NCBI GenBank assembly: GCA_947488755.1
Contig: CANLAD010000001.1
Span: 198,247 to 262,246 of the forward strand
Direction of reading: 5' to 3'
Length of the DNA stretch: 64,000 nucleotides
Origin: an uncultured Erythrobacter sp.
GTDB taxonomy: Bacteria > Pseudomonadota > Alphaproteobacteria > Sphingomonadales > Sphingomonadaceae
Each line of letters starts with the position of its first letter. Positions within the stretch are counted from its first letter, which is position 1. The translations under genes and the position numbers were made by a program. Shown here one piece after another: positions 1 through 8,069 of the stretch. Under the pieces are notes generated by a model. The model ran no database searches. It had not been told where the DNA came from and worked only from the letters and a program-made list of their open reading frames with translations.

Positions 1-515
1 TCGACTTCGCCGGTGCCGAGATCGGCGAGGTAGAAGCGCGTGTCGTAAACACGCGACAGCTTTTCGTTCTTGGGAAACCAGCGCGCGAAGGGGGTGATCT
101 GCGAAAGATCGAGCGACCAGTCGAAAGCGTCCAGCACGGGCGCAAGCGCCTTCACTTCTTCCAGCATAGCGCGGGCCTGACGCGCTCTCTCGGCGTTGAT
201 CTCACCCGCGAGGCCGAGCGCCAATCCCGTCTCTTCAAGCGTTTCGCGGATCGCAGCGATCTGGTGCGCAGCTTCATCGGGCGTCAGGGCAATGCTCGCG
301 TCAGCCGCCACTTGTTCGCCCAGCGCAGAATCTGCCGGATCCACCCGCCCGCCTGGAAACACCGCCATACCGCCCGCAAAGGTCAGATTGCGCGAGCGAA
401 CCGTCATCAACACCTGCGGATCGCCGCCATCTGGGCAGGCGCGAAAGATGATGATGGTCGCGGCGGGAATACCTTCAGGAGAAGTCTCAGCCGCGCGCTG
501 CGTATCTGTGCTCAT
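1..515 (-). CDS. NUDIX hydrolase (N-terminal part; gene continues beyond left window edge)
   Basis: Not in the ORF track because it runs off the edge. Minus-strand ATG at 513-515. My translation is MSTDTQRAAETSPEGIPAATIIIFRACPDGGDPQVLMTVRSRNLTFAGGMAVFPGGRVDPAD...AAIRETLEETGLALG, which contains the Nudix box (G-x5-E-x7-REUxEExGU). Confidence 0.75.
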   Translation of the reverse strand, partial: MSTDTQRAAETSPEGIPAATIIIFRACPDGGDPQVLMTVRSRNLTFAGGMAVFPGGRVDPADSALGEQVAADASIALTPDEAAHQIAAIRETLEETGLALGLAGEINAERARQARAMLEEVKALAPVLDAFDWSLDLSQITPFARWFPKNEKLSRVYDTRFYLADLGTGEV

Positions 516-648
516 GGCCGGAGTGATGGCCTGCTAATCGGATCTTGCCAAGTCCGGGAGTGCGTGATGTCGGATTACCTTACAAAAGCACTTCGACGAA
601 GATCCGGTCAATCCGCTAAGTATCAGATACTAGGGAGAAATACGCTTT

Positions 649-664
649 TGGCACGGGTTATGCA
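649..664 (+). promoter_or_regulatory. candidate sigma54 (-24/-12) promoter
   Basis: TGGCACGGGTTATGCA versus consensus TGGCAC-N5-TTGCA. GG/GC spacing is correct and there is one mismatch in the -12 box. It lies in a 300-bp non-coding gap, about 85 nt upstream of a strong intrinsic terminator. Confidence 0.35.
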
Positions 665-674
665 GTGTTAGTTA

Positions 675-777
675 CAACTCGATTGGTCTTCGAGATGAGG
701 TGCAGCCTTCCTGGTTCTTTGGCTCCACCTCCCCCATACGAAAAACCGCCTCGCTCACCCGTGCGAGGCGGTTTTTT
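675..777 (+). ncRNA. candidate small RNA of about 100 nt (boundaries inferred)
   Basis: Predicted start is about 12 nt after the -12 GC. Stem-loop 1: CTCGA-N7-TCGAG (678-694). Stem-loop 2: GAGGTG.AGCC-loop-GGCT.CACCTC (697-731). A C-rich single strand CCCCAUACG follows, then the terminator hairpin CCGCCTCGC/GCGAGGCGG plus a T6 run (746-777). No convincing ORF. Confidence 0.3.
741..777. terminator. bidirectional rho-independent terminator
   Basis: AAAAA-CCGCCTCGC-tcacccgt-GCGAGGCGG-TTTTTT: a perfect 9-bp GC-rich stem flanked by an A-run and a T-run. On the minus strand it ends the bolA-grxD unit (grxD stop at 816). On the plus strand it would end the candidate sRNA. Confidence 0.75.
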
Positions 778-815
778 GTTGTCTGGCAAGGTGAAAAGGC
801 GTGCGTCGCCCGGTG

Positions 816-1148
816 TCAGCTATCGGCCTTGGCGACCGATTTTTCGTTCATCAATTGCTGCAATTCGCCCGCTTCGAACATCTCCATCATGATGTCGCTG
901 CCGCCGACGAATTCGCCTTTGACGTAAAGCTGCGGGATGGTGGGCCAGTCGGAATACGCTTTGATCCCCTGGCGGATCTCCATGTCCTGCAAAACGTCGA
1001 CGCTTTCATAAGCGACGCCGCAATGATCGAGGATCGCGATTGCGCGGCTGGAAAAGCCGCATTGCGGGAAAAGCGGCGTGCCCTTCATGAACAGGACGAC
1101 GTCATTATCTTTGACGACGGTGGAAATGCGCTCGTTGCTGTCAGCCAT
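816..1148 (-). CDS. grxD: Grx4-family monothiol glutaredoxin
   Basis: 110 aa from ATG 1148, with SD GGAGG 9 nt upstream; the ORF track begins 5 codons earlier at TTG. CGFS active site (PQCGFSSRA) and the WPTIPQLYV motif are present. Confidence 0.9.
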   Translation of the reverse strand: MADSNERISTVVKDNDVVLFMKGTPLFPQCGFSSRAIAILDHCGVAYESVDVLQDMEIRQGIKAYSDWPTIPQLYVKGEFVGGSDIMMEMFEAGELQQLMNEKSVAKADS

Positions 1149-1189
1149 AGTCGGCCCCTCCAAAAGCCCGGGAATGTTGTTCCGGGAAT

Positions 1190-1423
1190 TTAGTTGGGGA
1201 CCAGCGTGGTGACTTGCAAGGCGTGCAGTTCATTGCCCATTTTGTCGCCGAACGCGGCATAGACCATCTTGTGCTGCTGGACGCGGCTCTTGCCGACGAA
1301 TTGGGGCGCGGTAACCGTCGCAGCCCAATGGTCGTCATCCCCGGCAAGGTCTTTCAACTCGACCTGCGCACCAGGCAGAGCTTCGGTGATCCTCGTTTCG
1401 ATTTCGGCAGCCGACATCGGCAT
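1190..1423 (-). CDS. BolA family protein
   Basis: 77 aa. Contains the BolA-like region ...DDDHWAATVTAPQFVGKSRVQQHKMVYAAF...ELHALQ and shows the classic pairing with the downstream monothiol glutaredoxin. Confidence 0.85.
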   Translation of the reverse strand: MPMSAAEIETRITEALPGAQVELKDLAGDDDHWAATVTAPQFVGKSRVQQHKMVYAAFGDKMGNELHALQVTTLVPN

Positions 1424-1447
1424 TGCGCGTCTCCCCTGGCTCGCCCG

Positions 1448-1771
1448 TCAGCTTTCGCTCATCAGCTGGCGCTTGGCCTCGATCGTCTTTTCTTCCAGTT
1501 TCGCGCGAATGTCGGCCTCGCTGACATCGGCATCAGCCGCAGTGAGATCGCCGAGCAATTTGCGGATCACGTCTTCATCGCCCGCTTCCTCGAAATCGGC
1601 CTGAACGACCGCTTTCTTGTAAGCGTCGGTTTCCTCCTGCGTCAGATCCATGAGCCCGGCGGCCCACTCGCCCAGCAGGCGGTTGCGGCGGGCGGCGACC
1701 TTGAAGGCCATCTCGCCGTCCATCGCGAACTTGGCTTCCTCGCCGCGCTGGCGGTCCTGAAAATCGGTCAT
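1448..1771 (-). CDS. F1-ATPase inhibitor zeta subunit (DUF1476)
   Basis: 107 aa from the internal ATG (MTDFQDRQRGEEAKFAMDGEMAFKVAARRNRLLGEWAAGL...GDEDVIRKL). This closely parallels the Paracoccus zeta subunit as I remember it. The longer ORF-track start adds an Arg/Trp-rich non-homologous extension. Confidence 0.85.
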   Translation of the reverse strand: MTDFQDRQRGEEAKFAMDGEMAFKVAARRNRLLGEWAAGLMDLTQEETDAYKKAVVQADFEEAGDEDVIRKLLGDLTAADADVSEADIRAKLEEKTIEAKRQLMSES

Positions 1772-1841
1772 TGGTCTGGCCTTTCGAAAAGCGTGATGTA
1801 CCACGTCCGAATACGCCTGCGAGCGCGCCCCGGCAAGCCGA

Positions 1842-2840
1842 TCAATCCATCGTGATGACCAGTTTTCCGACAGCCTCGCGGTTCTCCAGTTTCGCGATCG
1901 CATCACCTGCACGCTCCAGCGGGAAGGTCTCCGATACCATCGGGTCGATCTTGCCCGCCTTTAGGAGGTCGAACAGCTCTTCGACCTGTTTGCGAAACTT
2001 CACTGGTTCGCGCGCGGTGAAGGCACCCCAGAACACGCCGCAGATGTCGCAGCTTTTCAGCAGCGTCAGATTGAGCGGCATCTTCGCGATACCAGCCGGG
2101 AAGCCGACGACGAGGAAACGGCCCTCCCATGCGATCGCGCGCAGGGCCGGTTCGGAATATTGCCCGCCGACGATGTCGTAGACGATGTTTGCACCTTCGG
2201 GTCCGCAAGCCTGTTTGAACGCCTGGCTGAGTTCTTTGGATGCCGCCTTGTCCATGTCCTCGCGCGGGTAGATCACCACTTCGTCCGCCCCGGCCTTGCG
2301 CGCCACCTCGCCCTTGGCTTCGTTCGACACGGCCGCGACGACGCGCGCGCCGAAGGCTTTGGCAAGCTCTACCGCTGACAGGCCGACGCCGCCCGCTGCG
2401 CCGAGGATCAGCACGGTGTCGCCCTTCTTGATGTGGCCGCGATCCTTCAGCCCGTGGATCGTCGTGCCGTAGGTCATCAGCAGGCTGGCGGCCTTTTCGT
2501 AGGGAATGCCATCGGGCACCTTGAACATGCGGTCAGCGGGCACGACCGCCTTTTCGCGCAGGCCTCCATTGCCGATCCCCGCCATCACGGTATCGCCGAC
2601 CTCGAAGCCTTCGACCCCTTCACCCAACGCCTCGATCCGGCCTGCAATTTCGCCGCCGGGGGAATAGGGGCGCTCGGGCTTGAACTGGTAGAGGTCGCGG
2701 ATCATCAGCGTATCGGGATAGTTGATCGCGCAGGCTCTCACATCGACCAGCACCTCGCCCTTGCCGGGGCTGGGCACGTCGATTTCGTCCAGTGTGAGCG
2801 TTTCCGGGCCGCCGGTCTCGTGGGTGCGAATGGCTTTCAT
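1842..2840 (-). CDS. NADPH:quinone oxidoreductase (medium-chain dehydrogenase/reductase family)
   Basis: 332 aa from MKAIRTHETGGPETLTLDEIDVP. It has the GroES-like N-domain and a Rossmann motif (ILGAAGGVGLSAVELAK). The ORF-track start overlaps the leuD end and was rejected. Confidence 0.85.
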   Translation of the reverse strand: MKAIRTHETGGPETLTLDEIDVPSPGKGEVLVDVRACAINYPDTLMIRDLYQFKPERPYSPGGEIAGRIEALGEGVEGFEVGDTVMAGIGNGGLREKAVVPADRMFKVPDGIPYEKAASLLMTYGTTIHGLKDRGHIKKGDTVLILGAAGGVGLSAVELAKAFGARVVAAVSNEAKGEVARKAGADEVVIYPREDMDKAASKELSQAFKQACGPEGANIVYDIVGGQYSEPALRAIAWEGRFLVVGFPAGIAKMPLNLTLLKSCDICGVFWGAFTAREPVKFRKQVEELFDLLKAGKIDPMVSETFPLERAGDAIAKLENREAVGKLVITMD

Positions 2841-2856
2841 GGGTGTCCTTTGATGC

Positions 2857-3456
2857 TTAGATGTTCGTGCCGGTGGCAAGCCAGCCTTGCGCGCCTGCGC
2901 GGCGGGTTTCGAACCGGTCGATGGCGTCCTGCCGCTCCAGTGTGAGCGCGACCTCGTCAAGGCCGTTCATCAGGCAGTGGCGACGGAATGGGTCGAGCTC
3001 GAAGGCGAACCGGTCCTGATAGAGGGTGGTGACGGTCTGGCTTTCCAGATCGACGGTGATTTCCTGGCCCTCGCCCGCGACCTCCATCAGGCGTTCGATC
3101 GCCTCCTGCGGTAGGACGACCGGCACGATCCCGTTCTTCACCGCATTGCCGGAGAATATGTCGGAGAAGCTGGGCGCGATGACGGCGTGAATGCCGAGGT
3201 CGAGCAGGGCCCAGGCGGCGTGTTCGCGGCTCGACCCGCAGCCGAAATTGTCGCCCGCGATCAGGATCGGCGCGCCTGTGAACTGCGGATCGTCGAACAC
3301 GTTCCCGGGCGTCTGGCGGATCGTCTCGAACGCGCCTTTGCCAAGCCCGTCGCGGGTGATGGTCTTGAGCCATTTCGCCGGAATGATCACGTCGGTATCG
3401 ACGTTCTTCGCGCCGAACGGAATGGCGCGGCCTGCGACTTCTTTAACGGCTCTCAT
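2857..3456 (-). CDS. leuD: 3-isopropylmalate dehydratase small subunit
   Basis: 199 aa; contains [17 protein letters not shown] and sits adjacent to leuC. Confidence 0.95.
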   Translation of the reverse strand: MRAVKEVAGRAIPFGAKNVDTDVIIPAKWLKTITRDGLGKGAFETIRQTPGNVFDDPQFTGAPILIAGDNFGCGSSREHAAWALLDLGIHAVIAPSFSDIFSGNAVKNGIVPVVLPQEAIERLMEVAGEGQEITVDLESQTVTTLYQDRFAFELDPFRRHCLMNGLDEVALTLERQDAIDRFETRRAGAQGWLATGTNI

Positions 3457-3486
3457 GCCTGCCTCAACCCCACCCGGCTCACGCGG

Positions 3487-3654
3487 TCAGTCGGTCTCGG
3501 GCGGTTCGCCCGATGGCACGGTGCCGGGGGAGGCTTTTTCGTCCGGCTTCTTGCGAAAGCGGCGTCCGGCATAGAGCAAGCCTGCGGCGATCGCGGCAGA
3601 GCCGATCGTGGCCGCCGCGCCGATGGCGGCTTTGGTGGTTTTGCGGTTCGTCAT
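3487..3654 (-). CDS. small single-pass membrane protein (hypothetical, 55 aa)
   Basis: Below the ORF-track length cut-off. My translation: MTNRKTTKAAIGAAATIGSAAIAAGLLYAGRRFRKKPDEKASPGTVPSGEPPETD, i.e. a basic N-terminus, a hydrophobic helix, and a basic then Pro-rich tail. It fills the leuC-leuD spacer on the same strand. The 61-aa Arg-rich ORF in the other frame (3479-3664) looks spurious. Confidence 0.45.
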   Translation of the reverse strand: MTNRKTTKAAIGAAATIGSAAIAAGLLYAGRRFRKKPDEKASPGTVPSGEPPETD

Positions 3655-3691
3655 GGTTTTTCAATGCGCCGGGTTACAAAGGGTTGCAAGC

Positions 3692-5125
3692 TTACTCCGA
3701 TAACTCGCGCACGTCCACGAGATGTCCGGCGACTGCCGCGGCGGCAGCCATCGCCGGTGACATCAGATGCGTGCGCGCGCCCGGACCCTGTCGGCCGACG
3801 AAGTTGCGGTTGCTGGTTGAAGCGCAGCGTTCGCCCGGCGGCACCTTGTCGGGGTTCATGCCAAGACATGCCGAACAACCCGGCTCGCGCCATTCGAAAC
3901 CGGCCTGCTTGAACACCTCGTCGAGCCCTTCGTCCTCGGCCTGCCGTTTGACCAGCCCCGAGCCCGGCACGACGATCGCCCAGCGCACGCTTGGTGCCTT
4001 TGTGCGCCCCTTCAGTACCCGTGCTGCGGAGCGCAGATCCTCGATCCGGCTGTTGGTGCAGCTGCCGATAAAGACGTTCTCGACGGGGATGTCCGTCATC
4101 GCCGTGCCGGGGGAAAGCGCCATGTAATCAAGGCTTTTGCGCGCCGCATCCTGCTTGGCTTCATGCGGAAAATCGTCGGGCGAGGGCACCGCGCCGCTGA
4201 TCGGCACCACGTCCTCCGGACTGGTGCCCCAGGTGACGGTCGGCGCGATATCGGCAGCATCGATAGTCACGCTTTTGTCGAAAGTGGCGCCAGGGTCGGT
4301 GTTCAACGTCCGCCAGTATGCAACCGCCGCGTCCCAATCCGCGCCCTGCGGAGCCATAGGGCGGCCTTGCAGATAGGCAAACACGGTTTCATCGGGTGCA
4401 ATCAACCCGGCACGCGCGCCCGCCTCGATGCTCATATTGCACACGGTCAGGCGCTCCTCGACGCTCATCTTTTCGAACACCGGTCCGCGATATTCGATCA
4501 CGTGGCCCGTGCCGCCCGCCGCTCCGATTTGCCCGATGATGTGGAGGATCAGATCCTTGGCCGTGATGCCAGGACCAAGCACGCCTTCGACCCGCACCTC
4601 CATCGTCTTGGACTGCTGGAGCAGCAGCGTCTGCGTCGCCAGCACATGCTCGACCTCGCTGGTCCCGATCCCGAATGCGAGCGCGCCCAGCCCCCCGTGG
4701 CAGGCCGTGTGCGAATCTCCGCACACGATCGTGCTGCCCGGTAGCGAAAAGCCCTGTTCAGGGCCGACGACATGCACGATCCCCTGCTCGGCAGCGGTCG
4801 CGTCGATGTAGCGTATGCCGAAATCGCGCACGTTGCGTTCAAGCGCGTCAAGCTGCGCGGCGCTTTGGGGGTCGGCGATCGGCAGCCGCTCCCCGTCAGC
4901 GCCGACACGCGGCGTCGTCGGCAAATTATGATCGGGCACGGCGAGGGTCAGCTCGGGTCGCCGCACCTCGCGACCCGACAGCTGCAAAGCCTCGAACGCC
5001 TGAGGGCTCGTGACCTCGTGGACCAGATGGCGGTCGATATACACAAGCGCGGTCCCGTCCTCGCGGGTTTCGACGACATGGTCGTCCCAGATCTTCTGAT
5101 AGAGTGTGCGCGGGCGGCTGGCCAT
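3692..5125 (-). CDS. leuC: 3-isopropylmalate dehydratase large subunit
   Basis: 477 aa from [18 protein letters not shown]. Aconitase-family cluster ligands are present ([24 protein letters not shown]). Confidence 0.95.
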   Translation of the reverse strand: MASRPRTLYQKIWDDHVVETREDGTALVYIDRHLVHEVTSPQAFEALQLSGREVRRPELTLAVPDHNLPTTPRVGADGERLPIADPQSAAQLDALERNVRDFGIRYIDATAAEQGIVHVVGPEQGFSLPGSTIVCGDSHTACHGGLGALAFGIGTSEVEHVLATQTLLLQQSKTMEVRVEGVLGPGITAKDLILHIIGQIGAAGGTGHVIEYRGPVFEKMSVEERLTVCNMSIEAGARAGLIAPDETVFAYLQGRPMAPQGADWDAAVAYWRTLNTDPGATFDKSVTIDAADIAPTVTWGTSPEDVVPISGAVPSPDDFPHEAKQDAARKSLDYMALSPGTAMTDIPVENVFIGSCTNSRIEDLRSAARVLKGRTKAPSVRWAIVVPGSGLVKRQAEDEGLDEVFKQAGFEWREPGCSACLGMNPDKVPPGERCASTSNRNFVGRQGPGARTHLMSPAMAAAAAVAGHLVDVRELSE

Positions 5126-5249
5126 TGCTTGTGTCTTTCGTGAATGGGACCACCGGAATAGCGGCAGCTGGGCAACACTGGCAAGACGGCGCGACGACCT
5201 GCGCCGGATTGTCATGGAAACGAAAGGGTTTTGTGCCTAACTGACAGTC

Positions 5250-5648
5250 ATGTCAGCAAGCCCGTTCACTCACCCGATCACTGTCGCGCCCGAAGATATC
5301 GACTTCATGGGCCATGTGAACAATGCGCGGTATCTGAACTGGGTGCAGGATGCGGTGCTGGCACATTGGAACAAGATTGCGCCTGCCGAAGACGTAGCGA
5401 GCAAGGCGTGGGTTGCGCTCAAGCACGAGATTACCTATCGCAAGCCCGCTTTCCTCGAAGACGATGTGATCGCGCAGACCGTGCTGGAGCGTTACAATGG
5501 TGCGCGCGCATTCTATCGCACGGTGATTCGTCGCGGCGAGGATGTGCTGGCCGAAGTGCAGTCGAGCTGGTGCTGCATCGATGCAAAGACCCTGCGCCCC
5601 GCGCGCATCGGCGAGCATCTGCGCGAATTCTTCTTTCCCGACGACTGA
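5250..5648 (+). CDS. acyl-CoA thioesterase, 4HBT/YbgC-like hotdog fold
   Basis: 132 aa; VAPEDIDFMGHVNNARYLNW is the typical YbgC/4HBT N-terminal catalytic region. Confidence 0.8.
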   Translation: MSASPFTHPITVAPEDIDFMGHVNNARYLNWVQDAVLAHWNKIAPAEDVASKAWVALKHEITYRKPAFLEDDVIAQTVLERYNGARAFYRTVIRRGEDVLAEVQSSWCCIDAKTLRPARIGEHLREFFFPDD

Positions 5649-5711
5649 TTTGCGCGCGCTCATACTTGCGTCCATATGCACCCTAATGCCGCATTCGCGC
5701 GTAACTGACGC

Positions 5712-6500
5712 ATGACCCAAGCCGTTTATGCCCTCCCGACCCGCGCAACGCAGGGTGCTATCGGCATCATGCTCGCCGCGCTGATCGCGGGCGGGTGGTT
5801 GTTCATCCACTTCTACGGCATGTTCGTGTTCGAGTTGAGCTGGGCGAACCTCCCCGTCGCGCTGGCGATGGCAGTGGTGCAGTGCTGGCTGTCGGTCGGC
5901 GTGTTTATCGTCTGCCATGATGCGATGCACGGGAGCCTGGTCCCGGGGGCGAAACGGTTCAATTCCGCGATTGGCGCGGTGCTTCTGGCCTTATACGCAG
6001 GCTTCGCATGGCGCACTTTGCGCGACGCCCATTTCACGCATCACAAGATGTCGGGCCGCGCAGGCGATCCCGATTTCGACGAGCACAATCCGTCGAGTTT
6101 CCCGCGCTGGTACGCGACCTTCTTCCGGCGTTATTTCGGATGGCGCTCGCTGCTGTTCGTGCATACGATCGTGGGGCTGTACTGGTTCGTGTTCGACGTG
6201 CCGTTTGCGCAGATATTTGTCCTGTACGGCCTGCCCGCGCTGCTTTCCTCGCTCCAGCTGTTCTATTTCGGCACCTACCGCCCGCACCATCAGGCGGAGA
6301 CGCGACCCTTCGCGGACAAGCATAACACGCGATCCGACACGTTCGGCACGCTTGCAAGTCTCGCCACCTGCTTTCATTTCGGCTATCATCTGGAGCATCA
6401 TCGCAGGCCCGACGTGCCGTGGTGGGCACTGCCCGCCGCCAAGCGCGCAGGGGTGGGCGGACCAACGCGCGACCGACAGGAGAGGGAGATCGTCGCATGA
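5712..6500 (+). CDS. crtW: beta-carotene 4-ketolase
   Basis: 262 aa. It aligns by eye along its whole length with Paracoccus CrtW. Histidine boxes HDAMHG, HFTHH and HLEHH are present, plus PDFD and FGTYRPH. Confidence 0.9.
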   Translation: MTQAVYALPTRATQGAIGIMLAALIAGGWLFIHFYGMFVFELSWANLPVALAMAVVQCWLSVGVFIVCHDAMHGSLVPGAKRFNSAIGAVLLALYAGFAWRTLRDAHFTHHKMSGRAGDPDFDEHNPSSFPRWYATFFRRYFGWRSLLFVHTIVGLYWFVFDVPFAQIFVLYGLPALLSSLQLFYFGTYRPHHQAETRPFADKHNTRSDTFGTLASLATCFHFGYHLEHHRRPDVPWWALPAAKRAGVGGPTRDRQEREIVA

Positions 6501-6997
6501 CATGGGCAGAATGCATCGCCGTGACCCTCGCCGCGCTGATCGGCATGGAGCTCTTCGCCTGGTACGCGCACAAATACATCATGCACGGCTGGGGCTGGGG
6601 CTGGCACCGCGATCATCACGAACCGCACGACAATTATTTCGAGAAGAACGATCTGTTCGCCGTCGTCTTCGGCACGATCAACGCGACCATGTACATTTTC
6701 GGCGCGCTGTATTGGGATGCGCTGTGGTGGGCGGCGCTCGGCGTCAACCTCTACGGCGTGATCTACGCGCTCATCCATGACGGTCTGGTCCATCAGCGCT
6801 TCATGCGCTGGGTGCCCAAGAAGGGCTATGCCAAGCGGCTGGTTCAGGCGCACAAGCTGCACCACGCGACGATCGGCAAGGAAGGCGGCGTCAGCTTCGG
6901 CTTCGTTATCGCGCGCGATCCGGCGGTGCTGAAGGCGGAGCTGCGAGAGCAGGCGAAAAGCGGCACGGCGAAGGTCCGCGAAAGCGCACGGGCCTAG
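6497..6997 (+). CDS. crtZ: beta-carotene 3-hydroxylase
   Basis: 166 aa from ATG 6497, which overlaps the crtW stop (ATGA). Contains AWYAHKYIMHGWGWGWHRDHHEPH, HDGLVHQR and AHKLHHA. Confidence 0.9.
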   Translation: MTWAECIAVTLAALIGMELFAWYAHKYIMHGWGWGWHRDHHEPHDNYFEKNDLFAVVFGTINATMYIFGALYWDALWWAALGVNLYGVIYALIHDGLVHQRFMRWVPKKGYAKRLVQAHKLHHATIGKEGGVSFGFVIARDPAVLKAELREQAKSGTAKVRESARA

Positions 6998-7009
6998 CGC
7001 CGAACCGCG

Positions 7010-7357
7010 CTACTCTGCCCGCGTCCAGATCCAAGCGCCGACCAGTACAAGCGCCGCGACCGAAATCCACGCGTACGGGAAACCCAGTGTTGCCCACGTG
7101 AAGACCACTCCGGCGACCAGCGACAGGATAGAGATTACCTTCACACGCCGCGGAATGGCCCGCCGCTCGCGCCATTCCTTGACCTGCGGGCCAAAGGTCG
7201 GATGCTCGAGAATGCGGCGCTCCCATGCGGGGTTGCTGCGCGCAAAGCAGAACGCTGCGACCAGCAGGAACGGAACCGTCGGAATTATCGGCAGCGCCGC
7301 TCCGATTGCGGCGAAGGCGACGAACAGCAATCCGGCGGCGAGATAGAGCCGCCGCAC
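7010..7357 (-). CDS. ybaN: DUF454 inner-membrane protein (YbaN family)
   Basis: 115 aa; LPIIPTVPFLLVAAFCFARSNP...HPTFGPQVKEWRE is typical of YbaN. Confidence 0.8.
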   Translation of the reverse strand: MRRLYLAAGLLFVAFAAIGAALPIIPTVPFLLVAAFCFARSNPAWERRILEHPTFGPQVKEWRERRAIPRRVKVISILSLVAGVVFTWATLGFPYAWISVAALVLVGAWIWTRAE

Positions 7358-7360
7358 GGC

Positions 7361-7774
7361 TCAGGCATCCGCCAGCCGCGCCGCGTGCTCTTTTACCAGC
7401 GCGATCATGTTGGGCACACCTTGGGTACGGTTGCTCGATAGCTGGTTCTTGAGGTCAAACGGTTCGAGCGCGCCGGTCACGTCCATCCTCGCGACTTCGG
7501 GTGCAGGCTTGTCCTGCACGGCGGCGATGACCAGTGCGACGATGCCCTTGGTGATCGCAGCGTTGCTGTCGGCGAGGAAGTGCAGGCGGTCCGATGGTTC
7601 GCCAGCCGTGGGATAAACCCACACCGCCGCCGAACATCCGCGCACCAGAGTCGCATCGGTCTTGAGCGCATCGGGCATGGGGTCGAGCTCGCGGCCAAGC
7701 TCGATCAGCATCGAATAGCGCTCGTCGCCTTCGAGAAATTCGTACTCTTCGCGGATGTCGTCGAGGGATCGCAT
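7361..7774 (-). CDS. sufE: SufE-family cysteine desulfuration (sulfur acceptor) protein
   Basis: 137 aa; contains ERYSMLIELG...LVRGCSAAVWVY with the conserved acceptor Cys. Confidence 0.85.
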   Translation of the reverse strand: MRSLDDIREEYEFLEGDERYSMLIELGRELDPMPDALKTDATLVRGCSAAVWVYPTAGEPSDRLHFLADSNAAITKGIVALVIAAVQDKPAPEVARMDVTGALEPFDLKNQLSSNRTQGVPNMIALVKEHAARLADA

Positions 7775-7817
7775 GGCGCAGCATCTAGGGAGCGCGAGGG
7801 TCGAGGGGAAGGGGCTG

Positions 7818-8069
7818 TTACAGTTCGACCCCGCTTGCGATCGCTTCGAGCTTGCGGATGCGTTCCTTCAGATCGGCGATCTCGATCCTTGCCGATCCCG
7901 CAGGAGCACCGCCTTCGATCTCGCGCGGTTGATTCTGGCGCGCCTCGATCCGCTCCAACTCGCTGCGTTTCAATTCAAGCCACCCCTGCCATGCGCGCAG
8001 CAGGGCGAAGGCGACGACGCACAGGCCGACAAGGCAGGTTGCGGCGATCATCAAGGTGGGTTCGATCAC
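7818..8069 (-). CDS. Psp-zipper paralog 5 (PspB/PspC-tail-like single-pass membrane protein)
   Basis: 83 aa. The GTG start overlaps the paralog-4 stop (GTGA). TM helix TLMIAATCLVGLCVVAFALL. A shorter motif, IADLKERIRKLEAIASGVEL, sits at the C-terminus. Confidence 0.55.
   Translation of the reverse strand: MIEPTLMIAATCLVGLCVVAFALLRAWQGWLELKRSELERIEARQNQPREIEGGAPAGSARIEIADLKERIRKLEAIASGVEL

Noticed and set aside
3479-3664. 61-aa ORF (MKNHDEPQNHQSRHRRGGHDRL...) in the leuC-leuD spacer.
   Set aside because: It is Arg/His-rich with no hydrophobic core. The other frame on the same strand gives a clean TM mini-protein, which I report instead.
5917-6780. 287-aa ORF overlapping crtW and crtZ in another frame.
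   Set aside because: The translation is Arg/Ser/Cys-rich. Both overlapped genes have full-length CrtW and CrtZ homology, including the histidine boxes.
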